Shown here in pieces: positions 1 to 12,355 of a stretch of DNA of 44,393 nt. Made by a program: the position numbers and the translations under genes. Every line of letters begins with the position of its first letter. Position 1 is the stretch's first letter. A model generated the notes under the pieces. The model worked only from the letters and a program-made list of their open reading frames with translations, did not search any database and was not told the origin of the DNA. Source of the stretch: Nemertoderma westbladi (Eukaryota; Animalia; Xenacoelomorpha); NCBI GenBank assembly GCA_032718475.1, contig JAUCBJ010002879.1:1-44393 (forward strand). The letters are read 5' to 3'.

Positions 1-58
1 TCAGCAAACCAAATACGTGAGAGAAGTATCTACATTAATTAGTTCGAACATAAGTTCC

Positions 59-165
59 ATGAGTACTGGAGATTCCTCTGGGGAGTATGGTTCCTGGGGG
101 GACCGCACTGGAAATAAGTCGTCAGTCTTTGTGCGTAACCCCTGGCGTAACGGTCGAAAAAACTT
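59..165 (+). mobile_element. Dispersed repeat, 3' part of a SINE-like element (copy 1)
   Basis: Highly similar to 33853-33957 (atgagtactggag.ttcctctggggagtat...ggaccgcactggaaataagtcgtcag.ctttgtgcg). Confidence 0.75.
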
Positions 166-2549
166 TACTTATCTTTTTTTCAGTATAGTGTTATTTATGA
201 ATGAAGACTGATATGTGATTGAGACTGATTAACTGTTAATCAAAATTCAGTAACAGGTTCATAAAATATACTTTTTAGAGTCAGGAGTTGTTGATGTTGG
301 TGTGCTGTACAACCGTAAACTCGAATGAATAGTTCAAGTAACGCTCGTAATATTGCTACAGGACCTCCCTATTAATGCGTAATAACCAAGTCAAAAGGAT
401 CCGTCTCAAATCAGTTGAGCGGGTATAAAATCCACACTCTAATTAAATTAATTAGGTGATACTGCCCCTATCTACCCTTAGTACATCAGCCAACATAAAT
501 AGCTGTTCCTTCCTGAGAGAATTACTTCTGCTAATAGTTTTTTCTCAGTTTCCCCAAGACTTTGCTAATGGCAACAATTGCAGCACAGTGTATACTGAAA
601 TTGGGCTTCAATTTGTGAACTTCCTGAACAGTAGTTATACTGCGGATATCCTGGGATGCCCTTCCTCCAACTATTACATACACCCAAATAGGGTTAGTGT
701 CAACAATTACCTGCGCATAGCGCCACACGTGCGTAGAGGTCATTTCATTTTTATCAAAGTCATCGCATGACTTCTATGTATATAAATGTGATTTGATTTT
801 TATAACTGTCAACCAGCGAATAGCTCCACCCAAAGTTTGTGATGGAGTTGGGGTAGAGATTGACTCATTTCTATGTTTTAAGGCTCAGGCGTTCTGCTGG
901 CCAGTTTGGAGACGGCCTCCTGCCCACTTATTTTAAAATCCCATTATAAATTACTAAAGCGATCAATTTATTTACTTATTAATTGTATGTCTGTCTATAA
1001 GCATTAAGCATACCAATATAGAAAATTAAGTTTGTATTTTCTTTAGGTCAAAAGGGCTAGTCCTGGCCTTAATTCTAACATGCTCATCCTCATATCATCA
1101 TGAGAAAAATATGTATGAAAAATGATTGAGAAAGCTTACTTTACTCTTTGAAACCTTACGAATTATCCGTGTTCAGGTCAAGTTCAGTTGGGGTTTGTAT
1201 AGGCCATATAGGGCCGAATGTGGTCACCATTAAATAAAAATATTATATTGATAATAATACTAATTTAATTGGATAATATGAATGCTATTGAAAAACGTTT
1301 CAATTGCTCGCCATTCTGGGGATGGAACCCACTTATTCCACGTGCCCTGATTAATAACTCAAAGCTCCAATTTTACAGTCAATGTGTTTTTTAATGTTTA
1401 TTTTAAACCAGGCATCAATCGTTCTTGCAATAAATATCATTGCGAAAGCAGGTGGTGGAACAAACATTGTAATTTGGTCTCAATACTATAATTTTTAACA
1501 GTTTCTTTCTAATTTTACGCTGTTAATTAAGGGAGTTTTTGTCGATATTCTTCTATTTATAGTCGTTAGTTCAGTATTTTACAGTATATAATTACCGATT
1601 TTGTGATGAGGTGATTTGCTATCAATTTATACTGAAAGAGGCCTTTGCAGCAAACCATAATAACCTACAGACAGTGTTAATGAGAGAGCTCCATAGGTGG
1701 TCTACAATAGCTGATCCACCAATAACAAACAAAGGGGGATGAAGTAGAACGCTCTCGGTTATAAACCATTACAATGTACCCTCCTACCCATATTGCCTAT
1801 TTCAAAACACCCTCAACAATAGAGGCAATCGGTTCAAGGGTCCTCCAACTATCGGGCCCCAATAGCACTATTTAATACCGGGTCAATAGCTCACAGGCGG
1901 ACACAAATAGCGCCTAATGGGCCCTGCCCGTGGTTCAAGTGTTTTCCTGGCCCAGGGGATACGGCTGCTATCTGTAGGGCGATGTTTAGGGAAAACCATG
2001 GAGGATAAAGGGACCCATTAAGGGAGGACTGAATACGCCCTGGCCCCTCAACAATCTGTCAGTTGAGCCATGTAATTCGTCGGTTCTCTGTGGGAGTAGA
2101 CCCGGAGTTTTTCGGTCGTTAGTGGAGCCAAACACTCTCAATGTGTATAAGACTCCCTCCAATGCGATATATGAGCCCATTAGGCGGTTCATTGTAGAGC
2201 AGAAGGGGTGGATAGCGGATGTGAATAGGGAGGTAAATTGGTCCGATAATAATAATAATTGGGTATCAGAACAAACTTGTTTATGCGATACAATTTACAC
2301 TATAAAATCTATTCCGATATACAGAGTTCATAGCCGTCGAAATGTGCGCTTGTTATTTTGTATTAATGCTAAATATTTCAAGAAGTTTGTGGGAATTTAT
2401 AATTAATTTAGTGGCATCCAGGACTGTCGAGTGGCCAGCGGAGTTAACTGTGCCCACATCAGAGGACGAATCACTGGTACATATCTCACAATGGGTGATA
2501 CTAAATATACAGCACAGGAAAAGAGTATAGGATTAGGAAATATTGATAG

Positions 2550-2975
2550 GCATTCAATGCTGCATGGGCAGCATTGAATCGGGTGTCCAGGATTTGGAAG
2601 TCACATAGAATACGTCTGAAACATAAGGCTCGACTATTTAGAGCAGCAGTAGAACCGGTACGTATATATATATATTGGATTCCATGCTGGGCTTTCACTG
2701 CTAAGGATACGCGAGACACAACACGGCACATACTCGAGAATGCTACGTCAGGTTCACTGTGTCAAGTACAATGCACACATCTCCAATCAGACACTATATA
2801 ATATTTGAGGTATCCCAGTGCTTCCCCAAGCTTGAGACTAGAATTAAGCCGCCTCCGCTTCGCAGGACATTCCTTTTGCCTTGAGGACCATCCTGAGCAC
2901 AATATTGTGCTTTGGCAGCCTCGTGGAGAAACGACTGTTCCTCATGATCCGCAGAGCTTACAATATCTGAGAAGG
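2550..2975 (+). mobile_element. RTE-type non-LTR retrotransposon fragment (region C-terminal to the RT core), degenerate
   Basis: Encodes AWAALNRVSRIWKS...KARLFRAAVEPV...WAFTAK. Homologous to the copies at 28870-29385 and 3941-4273 (shared ccccaagcttga, cgcctccgctt.gcaggac, ctttggcagcc). Confidence 0.8.
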
Positions 2976-3389
2976 TTTTAAAAATACAAATTCGTTGTGG
3001 GAGAAATCAAATGTTTATCTTATTATTATACAAACTGGAAGTAATCGTTTTAGCATAAATTCGGGATAGATGTAGATGTACTAACCATATCCTAACAACA
3101 TATATCTAACAACAGACGCCTCAACAATCATTATAGGAATAAATCTGAACGACTTAGATCAATGTTCATATCAATAAATGTAGAAAGATAATTCCACTTT
3201 TAATCACAGAATCTTTTTCAGGATCTACTATTCTACTATTCATTTTCATTAAGTAATAAAAACTGATGATTTGAAAAATGATGGGGTACCTCCTAAAGTA
3301 TTCAAGATCCAGAATCATGAAAGCTAAATAAATGCTTTCTCTTAATCTATCCGATTCTCCAAATCATCGGACCACAAGAAATGAGGAAT

Positions 3390-3930
3390 AACAAGCTGGT
3401 TACCTAAGCAACAAGGTTAAGGTAACGGTAGCCTACGGGTCGTATCGTATAATTAGCCTGCTTTGGATTGCAGCTTCCTCCTGGCAACCAGAATTGGTTT
3501 CGTAAAGATAGATATACAATGAACCCATTCAGATTCTTCGACGTATCATTGAAGAATTCTCTACAAGGAAAGACAAACATCTGACAATCATCTTTGTAGA
3601 CTTCTTCATGCCGTCGATTTTGTCCCCCGTCCACGCCTGGTTAAGTAAGATCGTTGAGGCCTATAGCATCCCCAATGAGCTAATTGTAATTGATGCAACC
3701 AAATCACTTTATAATAGTCCCACAACGTTTGTCTCTCTCTACAACAGATGAAGATGCAGTCCCATTTGAGATGTAGTAGGGTGGGGTCTTTATTATTGTG
3801 TTGGACTATGAGCTGCGAATGCCCTCGACCAACACAATGTAGATGGAGTGGGAATACTACCAGCCTACCAGCAGTGGTACCGGTAGTAGAAGTAGAACCA
3901 CCAATGCACCTTTTCTTTGCTGATGATCTG
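3390..3930 (+). pseudogene. Frameshifted reverse-transcriptase core of an RTE-type LINE
   Basis: Collinear motifs across shifting frames: YRIISL (3443), NQNWFR (3486), ILRRIIEE, IFVDF..AVDFVPR (3590), AYSIP, FIIVLDY (3789) and catalytic FADD (3916-3927). Confidence 0.85.
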
Positions 3931-3940
3931 TAAGTAAAGT

Positions 3941-4273
3941 AACTACTACTACTACTAGGATCGGCATGCTGCATTGCAGCTGCATTTTTAAGAATGCTGT
4001 GCCGGCTTGTCAACAAAATTGCACCGCCACAACTCCCTATCACCCATGACATTTGCTAGATCATCCGCATCTTTAAGGCCAGTGTCCTTTAAGATGCGTC
4101 TCAAGAAAGTCATGGGCTGTCCACCATGCTTATTCACTCCATGTGGCTGCCAAAGTACAAGATTATGCACTGGCTGGTCCTCACGGCGAAAGCCGTGCTG
4201 GCTGGTCCTGCAAAGCGGAGGCGATTTTGTTCTTGTGTCAAGCTTGGGGGAACCACTGAGACACCTCCAATGT
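3941..4273 (-). mobile_element. 5'-truncated 3' end of the RTE-type LINE with a (TAG)n tail
   Basis: Encodes EDQPVHNLVLWQP...TFLRRILKDTGL...DLANVMGDRELWR. Tail ACTACTACT... on + at 3942-3956. Candidate TSD AAGTAAAGT at 3932-3940 and 4275-4283. Confidence 0.85.
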
Positions 4274-4283
4274 AAAGTAAAGT

Positions 4284-4520
4284 GATCAGTGAACGTGTGA
4301 AACACGAACCACCGGGAGGTCGCTACTGTAATTACCACGATCGAATACTTTCACTATCCAACCATTTTTCTTTACACCCCCAACCTAAAATGCAGGTTCC
4401 GATATTACAACTGGGTGGGGTGAAGCAAGCTCCTTAGAGTTAATAGCTTAACGTAAACTATGGGCTAGAACTAACGAAAACTAGACCCCTTGATCTACTA
4501 CAATGATCACTTAGCAAACG
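4284..4520 (-). mobile_element. Degraded SINE-like element
   Basis: gcaggttccgatattacaactgggtggggtgaagcaa (4392-4428) resembles the reverse complement of the CCCAG.TGTA.AATGGGTACC SINE core. Boundaries approximate. Confidence 0.35.
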
Positions 4521-5029
4521 AAGCATTGTATACAATCTTGGTGGCGACCGAGAATTTCCAAAGCCCAGCATCACACTGCAGCCGCTGTGTATGCGATTTA
4601 CCGCCACTACTGCTAGTGTAGATCTGATCAGATCAGTGTATGATCTTGTTCTATAGTAGTTTTATTATTGTAGTATTTTTGTTCTAAACTCCTTAACTTA
4701 GCAACTTGAGTTTGAATTATTGCAAACAGCTCCCACTCAATCAATCACTCACCATGGCCATTGTATGGTGGTAGTGATCACACGAAGAATTTAATGGGAT
4801 TTTGAGCGAACACTGAAGTACCACCAGTTTTACATTCAGTTCGCACCACCATTATTGGCTGTTTAATCATTAATAATAAATTATATACTGTAGAGATACG
4901 TTGTGCAATGCTATTAATTGGTTCCGAATTAGTTATGACTAAAATAAAGTAATTATTAAAACGATTATAGGATTAATTAAATTAGGACTAAACTGCAAAT
5001 CAATGGTGTAGCATCCATATGGGTGGGGA

Positions 5030-5780
5030 GGAACGCAGACACATGGGGGACGCAGCCACAGGGCAGATGGACGCAGTCACATGGGGGACGCAGCCACAGG
5101 GTGGGGGGACGCAGCCACAGGGTGGAGGGACGCAGTCACAGGGTGGGGGGACGCAGCCACAGGGTGGAGGGACGCAGTCACAGGGGGATGCAGCCACAGG
5201 GTGGAGGGACGCAGCCACAGGGGTGGAGGGACGCAGCCACATGGGGGATGCAGGCACAGGGGGGGCGCAGCCACGGGGGTGGGAGAGACGCAGTCATGGG
5301 TTGGGGGTACGCAGCCACAGGGGGGAGCAACAACAGGAGGGGACGCAGTCACAGGGGGGTACGCAGCCACATGGGGGGGGGGGGGGCGCAGCCACAAGGG
5401 TGGGAGAAACTCTGTCATAGGTTGGGGGTATGCAGCCACAGGCGGGTAAGCAGCCACAGGGGGTATGCAACCACAGGAGGGGACGCAGCCACAGGGGAGT
5501 ACGCAGTCACATGGGGGACGCAACCACAGGAGGGGACGCAGCCACAGGGGGTACGCAGCCATATGTGGGGATGGACGCAGCCACATGGGCGGACGCAGCC
5601 GCGTGGGAGGGACGCAGTCATCAGTTGGGGGTACGCAGCCACAGGGAGAACGCAGTCCCATGGGGGACGCAGCCACATGGGGGGTACGCAGCCACAGGGG
5701 GGTACGCAGTCCCATGGGGGACGCAGCCACATGGGGGGACGCAGCCACAGGGGGGTACGAAGCCACATGGGGGAGTGGGA
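5030..5780. repeat. G-rich minisatellite, variable 17-21-bp unit (GGGGGACGCAG[C/T]CACA...)
   Basis: Recurring ACGCAGCCACA core separated by G-runs. Possibly enclosed by degenerate hAT-like ends at 5001 (CAATGGTGTAG) and 5832 (CTGCGCCCCTG). Confidence 0.95.
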
Positions 5781-6557
5781 GGGACACGTCCTCTCCTCCC
5801 CACTCTCTTTCGGGTACGTGTCTGCGCCCCTGTGTTTATATAGGAGAAAAAGATAATAAAAAAATAAATATTACAGTAAAGTATTCAATGTACGAAATTT
5901 TGTCGTTTAGGAGCGAGAACAACAACAACAATAACAACATCGTCATTTATACAAATATAATATTCTCCCTTCACTCCTAAGAGTTTATAACTCTATATAA
6001 TGATAATCAGATCTTTCAGTTCATTCAACGAACCGATTTAAGAAAAACCTGCTTCCGTGTTTCTTGTTACACGTTCACCAAGCACGACAATTCGTGAAAT
6101 AATAATTCCTTTAAAACGATTTTATATCCTCACAAACATGAAGCTATTTTAATACGCAGTAAGGTAAGGAAGGAAAGAATTTACAAGAATAAATAAAATG
6201 ATAAAGATCATGCAATCAACCTCCTTAGTCAGATCATACGTAAATTGTCCTCACTAACCAAGAAATATTTTAAATTACGGACAAATAATTTATTCACCAC
6301 CAATTGTATGTCACTTTGGAACCCTGATGAACTTTACACACGTTAAAAACAAATGCAATTATCACATGTAATTTAAATCTCCCTCCAAAAGATAGGAAAA
6401 TTAATAATAATCAATAGGAAAATAATTATTTATTAACCGAGCGTCAGCGAGGTTAATAAAAAGGCGAGAGAATATTGAAAAAAAATGTTATACGCTTTTC
6501 CATGTAATACGTAATTTAATTCTTAAATTGGTACTTTTTTGTTGCTTAATTCTTTAA

Positions 6558-9500
6558 CATTTAGACTGTCTTTGACGCACCGATGCGTCAAATGGTAGAC
6601 AATAGATTGTGTCATGACGCAAATATCCTTCATTGATTCAAACTGTGATGTAGAGGAAATGGTAGGTGATTTGTTAAAATTTAATGTGGCAACTTATGAA
6701 CAGATCCCAAATTCATTTTGTGACATCATCAATGACGCATATAAACGTCATATGACCACTGCACAATGTCTTAAAATATATAAAAAATATACCGAGATTC
6801 AGGATTTGGAGGCAACTAGATAGCTTTGTAATTGTGCCAGAATATGAAATCTATAATAAAGTTTTGTTGTGTGTGAAACAGAAAACACCAGGCACAACCC
6901 AAAGGCATCTTCTCTCTTGGCTATTACATGTAAAACATGGATGTCGCCACACTTACTCCCAAGGGAGTACACTCCATAACTACCCAATACTTTTTTACTC
7001 CCCACATAGAAGAGCTGGTTTCCGTTTTACCTCTGGCATTGCACAGATACACCAACATTGCCTCCACCCAGCACCACCCTGAAGACACACCAACCATACC
7101 TCCACCCAGCACCACCCCGAAGACACACCAACCTCGCCTACACCCTGCAGACACACCAACCTTGCCTTCACCAAGCACCACCCTGAAGACACACCAACAT
7201 CGCCTCCACCCTGCAGACACACCAACCATGCCTCCACCCAGCACCACCCTGAAGACACACCAACCTCGCCTCCACCCTGCAGACACAACAACCTTGCCTC
7301 AAACCAGCACTACCCTGAAGACACACCAACCTCGCCTCCACCCTGCAGACACACCAACATTGCCTCCACCCAGCACCACCCTGCAGACACACCAACATTG
7401 CCTCCACCCAGCACCACCCTGCAGACACACCAACCATGCCTCCACCCAGCACCACCCGACCCTGCAGACACACCAACATTGCCTTCCACCCAGCACCACC
7501 CTGAAGACACACCAACATTGCCTCCCCCCAGCACCATCCTGAAGACACACCAACCATGCCTCCACCCAGCACCACCCTGCAGACACACCAACCTCGCCTC
7601 CACCCTACAGACACACCAACCTGCCTCCACCCAGCACCACCCTGCAGACACACCAAGATTGCCTCCACACAGCACCACCCTGCAGACACACCAACCTTGG
7701 CTTGCCTCCACCCAGCACCACCCCGAAGACACACCAACCTCGCCTCCACCCTGCAGAAACACCAACCTTGCCTCCACCAAGCACCACCCTGCAGACACAC
7801 CAACCATGCCTCTACCCAGCACCACCCGACCCTGCAGACACACCAACCTTGCCTCCACCCAGCACCACCCTGAAGACAAACCAACCATGCCTCCACCCAG
7901 CACCACCCTGCAGACACACCAACCTCGCCTCCACCCTGCAGACACACCAACCGAGCCTCCACCCAGCACCACCCTGCAGACACACCAACATTGCCTCCAT
8001 CCAGCACCACCCTGCAGACACACCAACCATGCCTCCACCCAGCACCACCCGACCCTGCAGACACACCAACCTTGCCTCCACCCAGCACAACCCTGCTGAC
8101 ACACCAACATTGCCTCCACCCAGCACCTTCCTGAAGACACACCAACCATGCCTCCACCCAGCACCATCCTGCAGACACACCAACCTCGCATCCACCCTAC
8201 AGACACACCAACCTCGCCTCCACCCTACAGACACACCAACCTTGCCTCCACCCACCACCACCCTGCAGACACACCAACCTGCCCACCACACCACCTCAGA
8301 CACACCAACCTTGACTCCACCCAACAGACACACCAACCTTGCCTCCACCCAGCACCACCCTGCAGACACACCAACCTCGCCTCCACCCTACAGACACACC
8401 AACCTCGCCTCCACCCTACAGACACACCAACCTTGCCTCCACCCAGCAGACACACCAACCTCGCCTCCACCCTGCAGACACACCAACCTTGCCTCTACCA
8501 AGCACCATCCTGCAGACACACCAACCTCGCCCACACCCACCACCACCCTACAGACACACCAACCTCGCCCCCACCCAGCAGACACACCAACCATGCCTCC
8601 ACCCAGCACCATCCTGCAGACACACCAACCTCGCCTCCACCCTACAGACACACCAACCTCGCCTCTACCCAGCAGACACACCAACCTCGCCTCCACCCTA
8701 CAGACACACCAACCTTACCTCCACCCAGCACCACCCAGCACCACCCTGCAGACACACCAACTATGCCTCCACCCAGCAGCACCCGACCCTGCAGACGCAC
8801 CAACCAATGCATCCACCCAGCAGACACACCAACCTCGCCTCCACCCTACAGACCCACCAACCTTGCCTCCACCCAGTACCACCCTGCAGACACACCACCA
8901 TTGCCTCCACCCAGCACCACCCTGCAGACACACCAACCTCGCCTCCACCCTACAGACACACCAACCTTGCCTCCACCCAGCAGACACACCAACCTCGCTT
9001 CCATCCTACAGACACAGCAACCTTGCCTCCACCCAGCACCACCCTGCAGACACACCAACATTGCCTCCACCCTGCAGACTCACCAACCATGCCTCTACCC
9101 AGCACGACCCGACCCTGCAGACACACCAACCATGAACCATGCCTCCACCGAGCTCCACCCTGCAGACACTCCAACCTCGCCTCCACCCTGCAGACACAAC
9201 AACCATGCATCCATCCAGCAGCATCCTGCAGACACACCAACCTCGCCTCCACCCTACAGAAACACCAACCTTGCCTCCACCCAGCACCACCCTGCAGACA
9301 CACCAACATTGCCTCCACCCAGCAACACCCTGCAGACACACCAACCATGCTTCCACCCAGCACCACCCCACCCTACAGACACACCAACCTTGCCTCCACC
9401 CAGCAGACACACCAACCTTGCCTCCACCCAGCAGACACACCAACCTTGCCTCCACCCTACAGACACACCAACCTTGCCTCCACCCAGCAGACACACCAAC

Positions 9501-10107
9501 CTTGCCTCCACCCTGCAGACACACCAACCTCGCCTCCACCCTGCTGACACACCAACCTTGCCTTCACCAAGCAACACCCTGAAGACACACCAACCTCGCC
9601 TCCACCCTGCAGACACAACAACCATGCATCCATCCAGCAGCATCCTGCAGACACACCAACCTCGCCTCCACCCTACAGACACACCAACCTTGCCTCCACC
9701 CTGCAGACACACCAACCTTGCCTCCACCCAGCACCACCCTGCAGACACACCAACTTCGCCTCCACCATGCAGACACACCAACCTTGCCTCCACCCTGCAC
9801 CACCCTGCAGACACACCAGACAGCCTGCAGTGTGGAATTTCTGCAGCCTTTACTCGGATTTGATCTTGCACTACTGGAATGCACCAACTGGAATGGCGCA
9901 TATTTGCGTCACTGACTCAATTTGGTAAACTGCCATTTGTAGGTTGTCAGTGACGCATATATGCGTCACGATAAAATTTTTTTTGACACATAAACACAAC
10001 CTATTTTATGGTTTTATAGCACTCAAAGTTAATGAAATCCCCATAATTTATAAATATTAGCGTGACAATTTGTGAGATTCCACACATATAAAGTGACAGT
10101 CAAAGTG
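6558..10107. mobile_element. Non-autonomous piggyBac-like (TTAA-targeting) DNA element containing a minisatellite
   Basis: TTAA|CATTTAGACTGTC ... GACAGTCAAAGTG|TTAA (13-bp TIR with 2 mismatches; TTAA at 6554-6557 and 10108-10111). Subterminal TGACGCA-N4-TGCGTCA palindromes at 6573 and 9951, with degenerate copies at about 6615, 6733 and 9894. Confidence 0.75.
7045..9820. repeat. C/A-rich minisatellite with interleaved 28-bp and 38-bp units
   Basis: Units GCCTCCACC[CAGCACCACC]CTGCAGACACACCAACC(T/A)(T/C); the 10-bp block is optional. Confidence 0.97.
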
Positions 10108-10799
10108 TTAATAAAACGTAGAGCGATATAGTGGTACAAAATAAATTGAACTGTAGTATTTTATACTATATTGCTTAAAATAGTTACTGCGATTCAAATT
10201 ATTGTACTCTTCAACACCTGATGTGCTGCCTTACTCAATGTTAAATAATTTAGTGTTCTCGAATAATTATTACGTAAATAGAGAGCCGCTTAACTACATA
10301 AACCAATATTGGATATTGAGTTCCGTTTTGGAGTACGCCGCGCAGAAACTAAATTTTCCATAACTTTTGAGTGCGTGCATGGATTTTTCTCAAATTACGT
10401 GCAAACCTTTTCTACGTCAATGCTCTCTGAAGACATTAAATAAAATTTAAGAAATTCCACCGAAAATATTTTGTTTTACTTTTCTCACCGGGAAAAAAAG
10501 TAAAATCAATCAGATGGGATACTTTTTTCCCTAAGGAAAAAAGTGCAACTTTTTCTCCCTATTTTGGTCTAATTTTGAGCGAAAAGGTAACAATTTAAGA
10601 ATAACATTTTTTGGGGCTTCGATTTTCATGCCCATCACTTTGCGAATATAACCCGTCTTTTACCAGAAGTTATATGAGTTTTATGTAAAGGCGGGACACT
10701 GTCGTGTTATTATGAACTTTAATTTAGGATTGTAAAAATTATGTAAATCATTGAAAATAAAAATATGTTTAACAACTTTAATAATTTAGTAGTTTAAAA

Positions 10800-11241
10800 A
10801 TTCGCGAATGAATTATTCATTTTTATAAAGTTGCTTTGGCAACAAAACAATACAAGGCCTTAGTAGTTTGCAAATAAAAACTTAATGAGGAGGGCAGGGC
10901 GTAGGGCCTTCCTCCCAGCCCCCCAGCAGCACGGCAGCGGTCCTATAAACACAATAACAAACGAGCCACCTTCACCAACCCTTCCGTAACGTTTTGATGG
11001 TCAGTAGGGCAAACATTTGCCAAGAACTGGGGGCCTTTCCATTGGATATCTGATAGCCAATCCCGATCATTGTATATCTAAGTAAGGCAACGATGTATAC
11101 AAGCGAACCTATAACAACACTGAAGTGGAACCAAGTTTTACACAACTTTAAACATTCGCGAATGAATTATTCATTTTTTATAAAGTTTCTAGATATATAA
11201 AATATTTTTATCTAAAACTTTTTTAAAGTTAGGCCTTTGCA
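10800..11241 (+). promoter_or_regulatory. Candidate FoxQ2 proximal promoter / 5' UTR
   Basis: GC-rich patch at about 10888-10940, TATAAA at 10944-10949, X-box-like GTTGCTTTGGCAAC at 10830-10843, forkhead-like RYAAAYA motifs at 10870, 10945 and 11009, and a duplicated 33-bp motif at 10800 and 11154. Motif matches only. Confidence 0.4.
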
Positions 11242-11733
11242 ATGATAACGCAGAGCATGTCAGACATTATCAACCAAAATCTGCTGATGGAAACCTCGAG
11301 AAGTTTAGTTCCGTACACCCCGACAGGAGCTAACAACGGCGGAACCGTTCCTCCGGGTATGGAACTCTCCAGCCACCGAGCGGGTCCCCAGTTCATGGAC
11401 CTCGTGTCCCCGCGCCCGTACCCCCCGCCCCATCCGCTGTTCGGAATGCCGTTCCCCCCTGGCTTCCCTTACTCCGGCGCCGGGTTTACGCTCCTCCCGA
11501 TGTCCGGAGGTTTCGAACCTCGTCGTCGTTTTCTCATCCACGAGGAACCCAAACCGCAGCACAGCTACATCGGGCTCATCGCCATCGCTATCCTCAGTTC
11601 CGAGGATAACCAACTCGTTCTTAGCGATATATATCAACACATCCTCGACAGTTACGCTTACTTCAGAACGCGGGGACCAGGCTGGAGGAATTCCATTAGA
11701 CACAATCTAAGTCTCAACGACTGCTTCATAAAG
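11242..11733 (+). CDS. foxQ2: FoxQ2-class forkhead transcription factor, coding exon 1 (Pro-rich N-terminus plus first part of the forkhead domain)
   Basis: Translation contains EEPKPQHSYIGLIAIAILSS...LVLSDIYQHILDSYAYFRTRGPGWRNSIRHNLSLNDCFIK, the FoxQ2/fd102C-type forkhead signature. It ends at a canonical donor AAG|GTAAGC (GT at 11734), phase 0. The start codon is uncertain (in-frame ATGs at 11242, 11257, 11287). Confidence 0.93.
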
Positions 11734-12229
11734 GTAAGCCTAACCCAGTTACTCACGGTTAAATGATTAATTTACGCTGCAAGAAAATAATATGATATTT
11801 TAACTTTATAGTTATTCTGAAATTTGTTGTTCAATTATTTGATAGTTATATGCATTTTTCACAAGGTTCATTAGCGTTAATAGCTTGCAACTTTTTTTTT
11901 ACTCCGGGGACAATATTGTGAATAAATTTCAGCGAGTTGTCTATGATATTAAACTTCAATATGCTTATGTGAATATGTTTATGTAGCATTATTAACATTT
12001 TTAGCTAGTGACAGCGGTAATGACCTAAATCTGACTGAACAGAATTTACCACTACGGCCATCCAAACATTAAATGCAATTAATTATGTTGCAATTATTGT
12101 TGATTGAGAAAAGTAGTTTGTTCAATAATTAAGTTAAACAAAACCTTTATACATAGCTCCGGTCGTAAATATAATTCAGCCGGTAATACTACAAACTACA
12201 GTACATCTTTGTGCTAAACCCCAAATTTT

Positions 12230-12355
12230 CGCCCATGTGAAAGATTCCAGGTTTTCACTTTTCGGTAGAAATTTTATTAAAATTTTACGTATGAAGTATT
12301 ACAATATTTTTTAATTTCTCCTTATTAAGGGGGGGTGGGTGTAGCGCTATTTTAA
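12230..12355. mobile_element. Partial left end of the same CGCCCATGTGAA family, in the FoxQ2 intron
   Basis: cgcccatgtgaaagattccaggttttcacttttcggt...attttacgtatgaag...ttattaag aligns with 37626-37745. Confidence 0.75.

Noticed and set aside
5000-5980. Cys/Pro-rich (keratin-associated-like) and Gly-rich ORFs
   Set aside because: Variable-length G-runs shift the frame from unit to unit; this is minisatellite translation.
6924-9915. Many overlapping Pro/Thr/His-rich ORFs (up to 571 aa)
   Set aside because: The 28/38-bp units are not multiples of 3, so the peptide rotates through all frames; the array lies within a transposon shell.
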